Shown: positions 1-6,887 of the stretch, in pieces | Numbering within the stretch: the stretch's first letter is position 1 | Layout of the letters: each line of letters begins with the position of its first letter | DNA from: Vulcanimicrobiota bacterium | GTDB lineage: Bacteria; Vulcanimicrobiota; Xenobia; Xenobiales; JADMJV01 | Reading direction: 5' to 3' | DNA: 64,000 nt | Assembly: GCA_050250895.1 (NCBI GenBank) | Contig: JBFWNU010000009.1 | Span: 230,488 to 294,487, forward strand | Position numbers and translations under genes: made by a program | The notes under the pieces: generated by a model | What the model saw: only the letters and a program-made list of their open reading frames with translations | Databases searched by the model: none | What the model was told of the DNA's origin: nothing

Positions 1-881
1 GTTACCAAGAGGCCGGCCTCAAAATCAGCTCGGAAATCGAGCTGCCCGAAGCCCGTTCTTTCTCGTTTGACGGCGATCCCGACCTGATCATCAGGCGCGG
101 TCCGGTGCCCGAGCTGGACCAACCCTACCTTCAGGGAGGAGTCTTTCAGGCCGCCCGCGGGCTACTGCGCCTGGAACTAGACGGCGTCGCTCGTTACCTG
201 GTGGAGCCAGGACAAATCCTGGTCGAACAGGCGGAACAGGCCGAAGATGCCGACATGCGGGTCTTTCTCCTGGGCTCTTGCCTGGGTGCGGCCCTCTACC
301 TGGCAGGTCGCCTGGTATTGCACGCGAGTGCCGTCCGCCACCGGGGCAGGGCCCACCTTTTCGTCGGCCGCTCGAGCGTCGGCAAATCCGCTCTCGCCCT
401 GGGCCTGAAGACCCACGGCTTGGAGCCTTTGACCGACGAATTGGCGGTCCTCCGGATTATTGACGGACACCCCCACCTCGAACCGACATTTGGCCATCTC
501 AAGGTTTGGCACGATGTGCTGGTGCGAGAGAACTACCAACCCGACCAACTCCAGAGGGTGCGCAGCGGAGTGCTTCATCGCTACAAAGTGCCTTTCGAGC
601 CGGCCGACGAAGCGTTACCAGTGGGGGCCATCCACCAATTGGGATGGTGGAACCAGGCTCACTTCGACTATCAGGAGATAGCCCCTCTGGAGCGCTTTAA
701 TCGTCTGCTCCGAAACACATATCGTGGTGTCTATGCCGAAGGCCTGGGCCCGTCACGCCCGTATTTCGAAACCCTCAAGAGGGTTGCCGAGGTGATAACC
801 GTTACTTCGCTCATCCGCCCCGACGCCGGAATCGACCGGCTGCGAGATTTTCCTGACTTCGTGGTGGAGAAGGTTCTATGA
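1..881 (+). CDS. HPr-kinase-related Ser/Thr kinase (PadeK/ThcoK-like lasso peptide kinase), 5' end outside window
   Basis: The frame is open from base 3 (YQEAGLKISSEIELPE, a typical N-terminus for this family). Motifs LHASAV, Walker A-like GRSSVGKS and LTDE. The stop overlaps the sulfotransferase start (ATGA). Confidence 0.8.
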   Translation, partial: YQEAGLKISSEIELPEARSFSFDGDPDLIIRRGPVPELDQPYLQGGVFQAARGLLRLELDGVARYLVEPGQILVEQAEQAEDADMRVFLLGSCLGAALYLAGRLVLHASAVRHRGRAHLFVGRSSVGKSALALGLKTHGLEPLTDELAVLRIIDGHPHLEPTFGHLKVWHDVLVRENYQPDQLQRVRSGVLHRYKVPFEPADEALPVGAIHQLGWWNQAHFDYQEIAPLERFNRLLRNTYRGVYAEGLGPSRPYFETLKRVAEVITVTSLIRPDAGIDRLRDFPDFVVEKVL

Positions 882-1747
882 TCGTCTGGCTAGCTTCGTA
901 CCCGAAGTCGGGCAACACCTGGTTTCGGGCTCTGCTTTCCAACTACTTGTCCGACTCGGATGAACCTGTAGATATCAACAAGATGGCCACCGGCCCCATC
1001 GCCAGTGCCAGGGTCTACTTCGACGAATGCATCGGAGTGGCGGCTTCGGATCTGACCTTCCCGGAAGTGGTGCGCCTACGTCCTCAGGTTTATCGGCAAC
1101 TGGCTCAGGGTCGCTCTTTTCCTCTCTTTGTGAAAGCCCACGATGCCTATCTCTACTCGCTCGAGGGCGACCCGGTCTTCCCCCCGGAAGCGACCCGAGC
1201 CGCACTCTACCTGGTGCGTAATCCGCTCGACGTTTGCATCTCTTATGCTCATCATAATGATTGCCCTATCGAGCAAGCCATCACGATGATGGCCGACCCA
1301 AAACACCAGTTGGCTCCCCGAGGCGGCGGACTTCCCGGCCAACTGCCCCAGCGGTTGGGTAGCTGGAGCGGCCACGTCCGAAGTTGGTTGCGTTCGAAAC
1401 TGCCTGTTCAGGTGATTCGCTACGAGGATCTCAAAGCCGACACTCAAGCCGTTTTCTCGAATGCCCTCGCCTTCTGCGGCCTCGAGTGCGACCCTGGTCG
1501 GGTGCGCAAAGCGGTCGAGTTCGCCGACTTCAAGAAACTCAAGCAACAAGAGAGCGAAAAGGGATTTCAGGAGAAACCCATCAACGCCAAGAGCTTTTTT
1601 CGCCAGGGCCGGAGCGGCGGTTGGCGAGACCAACTCACCCCCAACCAGGTGGAACAGATCGTCAGCGACCATAGCGAAGTGATGGCCGAACTCGGATATG
1701 AACTTCCGCAGGTCTTGCCAGGTTGCCGGGAGGGAAACAAAGAGTGA
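878..1747 (+). CDS. PAPS-dependent sulfotransferase (Sulfotransfer_1 type)
   Basis: 5'-PSB loop LASYPKSGNTW, 3'-PB motif LVRNPLDVCIS, IRYEDL, and C-terminal FFRQGRSGGW. Confidence 0.92.
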   Translation: MIVWLASYPKSGNTWFRALLSNYLSDSDEPVDINKMATGPIASARVYFDECIGVAASDLTFPEVVRLRPQVYRQLAQGRSFPLFVKAHDAYLYSLEGDPVFPPEATRAALYLVRNPLDVCISYAHHNDCPIEQAITMMADPKHQLAPRGGGLPGQLPQRLGSWSGHVRSWLRSKLPVQVIRYEDLKADTQAVFSNALAFCGLECDPGRVRKAVEFADFKKLKQQESEKGFQEKPINAKSFFRQGRSGGWRDQLTPNQVEQIVSDHSEVMAELGYELPQVLPGCREGNKE

Positions 1748-1763
1748 TGTCAAAAGGGCAGCG

Positions 1764-2045
1764 ATGAAATTAGACCTGTCTTCTATCCTTCGTAAGAGCG
1801 ACTCTCTTCTCGAGAGCGATCTTGGGGAAGAGAAGGTTATGATGAGTATCGAACGGGGGGAGTACTTCGGGCTCAACCACTCTGGCCGGTACTTGTTTGA
1901 TCTTTGTGATGGACAGAAGACCGTTGGCGAGATACTGGAGTGCGTTTCGGGGCAATACGACACTGCAGCAACCGATTGGCGCGATCAAAGCCACGCCTTC
2001 TTGAGCAGATTACTGCGAGATGGTATGGTCGAAATCGCCGACTAA
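1764..2045 (+). CDS. PqqD-family RiPP recognition element (lasso B1/E protein)
   Basis: 93 aa. LGEEKVMMSIERGEYFGLNHSGRYLFDLCDG...TVGEI...FLSRLLRDGMVEI fits the RRE pattern. It lies directly upstream of the precursor. ATG 1764 chosen as start. Confidence 0.9.
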   Translation: MKLDLSSILRKSDSLLESDLGEEKVMMSIERGEYFGLNHSGRYLFDLCDGQKTVGEILECVSGQYDTAATDWRDQSHAFLSRLLRDGMVEIAD

Positions 2046-2070
2046 GCAGTTCGAAAGGACGTTTTAGAAA

Positions 2071-2352
2071 ATGAAACGCAAGTGGGAAAATCCTATTGTC
2101 TATCGGATGGGTGTGCCTGGCACATTGGGCGGCATGTCCAAGATGGTCAACGAGGGCGGCCACGTGACGGCCACCACCGGCGCGGGCAAGGTCACTGCCT
2201 ATTGCCACGACAACTATGGTATTGGCAAGTCGAACGTCGGCTACACCAAGGTGCTGGTAACCGGGGGCGCGGGAGCTTCGGCCATGGTGCCGACCCTAAT
2301 CATGGCGCAGACCACCTGTGACGGCATCGGAACCGTTCCCGGTACCAGCTAG
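2071..2352 (+). CDS. Lasso-type precursor peptide (93 aa; 19-aa leader plus unusually long 74-aa core)
   Basis: RBS-like AAAGGA upstream. Leader MKRKWENPIV (W/YxxPxL/V motif) ends in G-T-L followed by G; the core starts GGMSKMVNE (Glu9). It sits between the RRE and the B2 peptidase. Confidence 0.85.
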   Translation: MKRKWENPIVYRMGVPGTLGGMSKMVNEGGHVTATTGAGKVTAYCHDNYGIGKSNVGYTKVLVTGGAGASAMVPTLIMAQTTCDGIGTVPGTS

Positions 2353-2377
2353 AGGCTGACCGATCGCGGGCGCGAAG

Positions 2378-2806
2378 TTGTTCAAGCGCTTCGCAAGATT
2401 TCTTGGTCGCCCGTGGCGCGAAAAATCGCTCGCGCTTGAGGCCACTGTCTTTATGACTGTGGCCTTTTGCCTTGTGAAGGTCGTTCCGTTTCGAATCTAC
2501 TGCCGCCTTCTGGGCCAGGAGGGCATAGAGTGCGACCGCGAAGCCGACCTTTCCTTACTTCAACGGGTCGTCTGGGCCGTGAAGTTTGCCGACAGGCTGT
2601 TCTTGCGTCGCAGTGCGTGCCTGTCGCAAGCCATTACCGGAAAGTGGCTGCTGCAGCGTCGGCAGGTCGCCTCTACTCTCTATCTGGGCGTGGCTTTACA
2701 ACCTCAGGCCGGCATCAAAGCTCACGCCTGGTTGCGCTGTGGTAGTTACATCGTCACCGGCGGAGCAGGTAGAGAGGAATTCTCGGTTGTCGCTCGCTTT
2801 ACCTGA
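2378..2806 (+). CDS. Lasso peptide B2 leader peptidase (transglutaminase-like)
   Basis: Catalytic motifs SACLSQA and KAHAWL, plus LYLGV and IVTGG; 142 aa; TTG start. Confidence 0.92.
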   Translation: MFKRFARFLGRPWREKSLALEATVFMTVAFCLVKVVPFRIYCRLLGQEGIECDREADLSLLQRVVWAVKFADRLFLRRSACLSQAITGKWLLQRRQVASTLYLGVALQPQAGIKAHAWLRCGSYIVTGGAGREEFSVVARFT

Positions 2807-2813
2807 GCTGGCC

Positions 2814-4469
2814 GTGTTTGCGGGACATCTCGGTCCGGGTCAGGTCGAGTTGACCGCCCCGCTGGGGCAGCACTACGGATTCTCCTTCTTTAGCCATCGT
2901 CCGACCGAGCAACTGACCATCGCCCAGAGCGTTCCCAGCGGTTCTACCTTTGCCGGTGTAGCTCGGGCCCGCCTGGATAATCTTGAGGCGGTGAAGAGAC
3001 GCCTGGGTCTACCAGCCCCTGCCGACCTGGAACAAGTAATTTCGCACGGCTTTCGCTCGGACCAGGAGCGTTTCCCCGACGCCCTGCTGGGCGAGTTTTC
3101 ACTAGCCGTCTTCGACCAGGCCAACCACACCCTATGGTGTGCCCGAGACGCAGTCGGCGTCTTTCCTTTTTTCTACTGCCAGGCCGGTGAATCGTTCTTT
3201 TTTGCCTCCCACCTCGAGGCCTTGCTGGCTATACCCGCAGTTCCCGTCGAAGTCGACGAGGAGACGATAGCACGCTTTTTGCAACACCACCACTTTTTCC
3301 GGCCGCAGGCCACCTTTTTCAGACACATCAAGAGGCTACCTGCCGGCCATGCGCTGGCATTACGAGGGTGCAACCTCAAAATCACTCGCTATTTCCGGCC
3401 CGACGAGATCCCCGCCGTGCAACTGCCCAGCGAGGCGGACTATGTCCACCTGATCCACACCACCGTAGAGAAGGCGGTAGCGCGCCGGGCCACCGGGGCG
3501 GCTCACCTGGGGACCCACCTCAGCGGTGGGTTGGATAGCTCGCTACTGACGGTCTTTGCTGCCCAGGCCAATCCCAAGAAGCTGACCGGTTTCTCATGGT
3601 CTTTCCCTCCTCCTGATGGTGATGAGGCGCTGCCCGCCGAGGATGAGCGCTCCCGCGTCCTGGCCCTGGCCAAAAGACTTGAGATCGGATGCGAGTTCAC
3701 CGTTCGCTACGCCCATGAGATTCGCCACCATCTGCTTCAGGACCCCAGCCTGGAGCGCTCAGTGATGACTCACACCGAAGAACCGGTGGCTCGCCGAGCA
3801 TCTGAGCTAGGAGTGCAGGTCATCCTTTCCGGCTGGGGAGGCGACGAGTTTCTCAGCAGCAACGGCCGGGGGGTGTTAGCGCGGCAGTTGCTCAGGGGTC
3901 GCCTGCTGGAGGTTTTTCGCGAATGTCGAGCGGCGGCCAGGCGCAACGCTAGCACAATCGCACGCGAGGCCTGGGCTCGAGTGCTGCCCCCGCTACTACC
4001 CGACGCCCTCTATCGAAGGCGTTATCCAAATCAAACCGGAAAGACCTTCATCGACGCCGAATTTGCCGCCCGCATGCCGGTCGAAGAGCCGATGATTCGA
4101 GACCACATCGGGCTACGCGAAAACATGTTGCAACTATGGCGGCTCGGGCACCTCGGCCAGCGGGTCGAAAGCTGGGCAGCCCAGGGCCAACCGCTCGGGA
4201 TTGTTTACCGGTATCCCCTGCTGGATCGACAAGTGGTCGAACTGGCCTTCGCTCTCCCCGAGACGCTCTTTTTCCGAGCAGGCTTTTCTCGCTATATCTT
4301 CAGGAAGTTTGCCGAGCCGATGCTGGGATCAGATTGGGCATGGGGACGCCCCAAGCACGAAGTCACGCCCCTGCAGTTTCGCAAGGTACCCAACCTCGAT
4401 CCGAGTCCCGGCCTGGTAAGAGATTCGGTGCAGGCTCTGGCTGAGGCCCCCCCCGCATCACTACATTGA
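2814..4469 (+). CDS. Lasso cyclase (asparagine-synthetase-like isopeptide-bond-forming enzyme)
   Basis: ARLDN, LLGEFSLAVFD, CARDAVGVFPFFY, ATP motif HLSGGLDSS, LSGWGGDE and YPLLDRQVVE. It lacks the N-terminal Cys of true AsnB. Start is uncertain (CTG 2808 or GTG 2814). Confidence 0.88.
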   Translation: MFAGHLGPGQVELTAPLGQHYGFSFFSHRPTEQLTIAQSVPSGSTFAGVARARLDNLEAVKRRLGLPAPADLEQVISHGFRSDQERFPDALLGEFSLAVFDQANHTLWCARDAVGVFPFFYCQAGESFFFASHLEALLAIPAVPVEVDEETIARFLQHHHFFRPQATFFRHIKRLPAGHALALRGCNLKITRYFRPDEIPAVQLPSEADYVHLIHTTVEKAVARRATGAAHLGTHLSGGLDSSLLTVFAAQANPKKLTGFSWSFPPPDGDEALPAEDERSRVLALAKRLEIGCEFTVRYAHEIRHHLLQDPSLERSVMTHTEEPVARRASELGVQVILSGWGGDEFLSSNGRGVLARQLLRGRLLEVFRECRAAARRNASTIAREAWARVLPPLLPDALYRRRYPNQTGKTFIDAEFAARMPVEEPMIRDHIGLRENMLQLWRLGHLGQRVESWAAQGQPLGIVYRYPLLDRQVVELAFALPETLFFRAGFSRYIFRKFAEPMLGSDWAWGRPKHEVTPLQFRKVPNLDPSPGLVRDSVQALAEAPPASLH

Positions 4470-4582
4470 TTGGAAATCTCTTTTGGCCAGTTGGGAGGAT
4501 CCCACCGTTCGTGGAGAACTTCGCTCTCGCGCGCTACAAATGGCATTCTTGAATCCACAGCACAGGAGGAGGTGCTAGCCTG

Positions 4583-5749
4583 GTGTACAGTATCCACCAC
4601 TTCGGCCGCATGATGGTCGATCACGTTCGGACCCGCGAATTCAGAAAGGCCTTGGAGACAAACCTAAAGCCCGGTCAGGTCGTGTTGGACCTGGGGGCAG
4701 GCACCGGAATCTGGGCGCTGTTGGCCGCCAAAGCAGGGGCTGGCAAGGTCTACGCAGTCGAACCCAACGCGGCCATCGAGATCGGCCGCAGACTGGCGGC
4801 CGAGAATGGGCTTGCCGACAAGATTGAGTTCATCCAGGGGTTGTCGACCGACATCGAGTTGCCTCAGAAAGCTGATGGGGTGATCAGCGACCTCCGCGGG
4901 GTCATCCCCATCATCCAGGGCCACCTGGGCAGCATTGTCGACGCGCGGGCCCGACTGCTCAAGCCTGGCGCCTGGCAAATCGCCGAGAAAGACACGCTAT
5001 ATGCTTGCCTGGTCGAAAACCAGGCTGTACATGACAGCTTCGCCAGGCCCTGGAACGATCGTCGCTTCGAGCTCGATTTGCGGCTGGTTCTACCCTACGT
5101 CATGAACCAGCATCGAGCCTATCGTCGCAACCCCAGCGAGCGGCGCACTGAGCCCCGCGAACTCGCAACGCTGGATTATCGCTGCGATCTTGAGACCACC
5201 ATCCATGCCGAGGCCACCTGGCAGCTTGAATCGGATCTGATGGTCCACGGGGCGGTACTCTGGTTTGAGTCAGAACTGGGTGGAGGGGCACGCTTTAGCA
5301 CCTGCCCCTTTCTAGAGCCGAACGAACGAGCCTGGATCTATGGAAACATGCTGTTGCCCTTCGAAGAGCCGTTGGCCCTGAAGGCGGGAGATACCGCAGA
5401 CTTCCAATTCAAGGCTCTCGACTCCCAGAATGGGTATCAGTATTTCTGGCAGCTTGAATCGGGCTCCGAACGCCGTCGCCAGAGTACCTTTCTGGGCCAG
5501 TTGCGAGTTCCGGGCGAGAGTCATAGGATCTCCGAGAACTTTCGCCCGCAGCTCAACCGCAGGGCTGAACTTGAGCGGTGCGCCCTCAACCTACTTGCGG
5601 AAGGAGCCTCCACCCAGGAGGTGGCAATGCGTCTGCAGGAGGAATTTCCCCGCAACTTCAAAGACTACCAGGCCGCCCTAAATCATGTCTGCCGGCTTGG
5701 GGCGAAATGGTTCAGCAACACTCAAATCGACGACCAGAGCCACAGCTAG
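4583..5749 (+). CDS. PRMT-like class I SAM-dependent methyltransferase
   Basis: MMVDHVRTREFRKAL, VVLDLGAGTGIWALLAAKAGAGKVYAVE, and a beta-barrel region HGAVLWFESEL as in protein arginine methyltransferases. Strong RBS AGGAGGAGG. The C-terminal helical extension could be a winged helix. Confidence 0.85.
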   Translation: MYSIHHFGRMMVDHVRTREFRKALETNLKPGQVVLDLGAGTGIWALLAAKAGAGKVYAVEPNAAIEIGRRLAAENGLADKIEFIQGLSTDIELPQKADGVISDLRGVIPIIQGHLGSIVDARARLLKPGAWQIAEKDTLYACLVENQAVHDSFARPWNDRRFELDLRLVLPYVMNQHRAYRRNPSERRTEPRELATLDYRCDLETTIHAEATWQLESDLMVHGAVLWFESELGGGARFSTCPFLEPNERAWIYGNMLLPFEEPLALKAGDTADFQFKALDSQNGYQYFWQLESGSERRRQSTFLGQLRVPGESHRISENFRPQLNRRAELERCALNLLAEGASTQEVAMRLQEEFPRNFKDYQAALNHVCRLGAKWFSNTQIDDQSHS

Positions 5750-6064
5750 CCAGGGCGACGTCGTCTTGAATCTTGGCTTCGGGGCCTGCAACGGCTCGGC
5801 CAGCAAGCCTGCTCCGGCAAGCGAATGCAGGGCTAGAAGCGTCACCTTGCGGGCGTCCGCAAAGGGAAGCGGCAGCTGCAAACGTTCGACCAACTGATAG
5901 AGGGGCTGAGCCTGATCACAAGCCTGCAGACACTTCCCTAGCCAGCCTGGCAGCGCAATCAATCGACTGACTCGAGGTAGATAGGCCAGCATTTCGTCGT
6001 CGCCATCCCAACAAAAGACGTCGCGGCAAGTCGGAGGGACCATGATGGGTTCAGGCATAAGCAT
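5678..6064 (-). CDS. Second PqqD/RRE-like protein
   Basis: DGDDEMLAYLPRVSRLIALPGWLGKCLQACDQAQPLYQLVERL...VTLLALHSLAGAGLL follows the three-strand/three-helix RRE pattern. Its start overlaps the end of the upstream minus-strand gene. Confidence 0.6.
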   Translation of the reverse strand: MLMPEPIMVPPTCRDVFCWDGDDEMLAYLPRVSRLIALPGWLGKCLQACDQAQPLYQLVERLQLPLPFADARKVTLLALHSLAGAGLLAEPLQAPKPRFKTTSPWLAVALVVDLSVAEPFRPKPADMI

Positions 6065-6887
6065 CTTGGCCCGGACTGATGCGCTTGACTCGGGTCGGAG
6101 AGTCAAACAACGAACACTGCTGGAATAGTTTTTGCTCTCCTGAAAAACCCAGCCACGTCCAGGTGTAGCCCTCTCGGGTTAGATTGCCGCTCAGCGAAAG
6201 TCTGAGCCTCTGTCCGGCAGTCACCTGCACGGGACCGCATAGCGGCAGGCGAAGGCAGACGCCGAACAGATCGGCGCCTCGAAGACGAAGCACCAGAGAA
6301 CCGATGGTCGCGGGTCGTTCGGCCTCAAGGCAAGCCTGGCGCGAAAAGCGACTCAGGCGTTCATCTCGCAAGCTGAGGCTTCTCAGAGAACGGAACTCCA
6401 GGTCGGGCGGTGGGTCCAAAGGGGAAACGCGATTGGCCAGGTAGGACTTCCAACCGTCATAGCATAGCTCGCCCGCGGGAAACGGGACGGTTTCTTCGAG
6501 CAGGGCCACTTCGAGAGTCATCTGGTCCGCCAGAAGATTAGGCTCGGCCCCGATCTGCTCGAAGGCTTGAATCAGAAATGGGTCAAGCCCTCCCCGAGCG
6601 AGGGGCCAGTAGAAAACACAGTGAAAGGTCTCGGACGGATAGAGAGCGGGCAGCCCGGTCCGACCCTCGAAGCGAGCCTCTACATTGTTGTCTCTTGCCA
6701 ACACCCTGGCCATCTCGACCTGCTCTGATGATCCGTAGAAGACTGCTTTCTCGGCCCCGGCCCGAAGAGCCACTACCGAGGCCAGGCCCGCGCCGCAACT
6801 CAGCTCGAGCAGCTTCGTGCTGGGCTCGATGCGGGCTCGCAAACGGTCGAGACAACCAGCTTGAGGAAGAGCGAATGGATGCACCAT
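6051..6887 (-). CDS. Degenerate PRMT-like methyltransferase paralog
   Basis: KLLELSCGAGLASVVALRAGAEKAVFY...EMARVLARDNNVEARFE and LPLCGPVQVTAGQ...GYTWTW...QQCSLF are colinear with the 4583-5749 protein. Coupled to the upstream gene by TGATG. Confidence 0.6.
   Translation of the reverse strand: MVHPFALPQAGCLDRLRARIEPSTKLLELSCGAGLASVVALRAGAEKAVFYGSSEQVEMARVLARDNNVEARFEGRTGLPALYPSETFHCVFYWPLARGGLDPFLIQAFEQIGAEPNLLADQMTLEVALLEETVPFPAGELCYDGWKSYLANRVSPLDPPPDLEFRSLRSLSLRDERLSRFSRQACLEAERPATIGSLVLRLRGADLFGVCLRLPLCGPVQVTAGQRLRLSLSGNLTREGYTWTWLGFSGEQKLFQQCSLFDSPTRVKRISPGQDAYA

Noticed and set aside
2248-2277. Precursor segment KVLVTGGAG resembles an SDR Rossmann N-terminus (KVLVTGGAGFIG)
   Set aside because: No further SDR similarity follows, and the Gly/Val/Thr-rich composition makes a chance match plausible. 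The leader motifs and gene context favour a RiPP precursor.
2586-2813. N-terminal extension of the cyclase ORF in the supplied track
   Set aside because: It overlaps the B2 gene in another frame; the real start is most likely just after the B2 stop.
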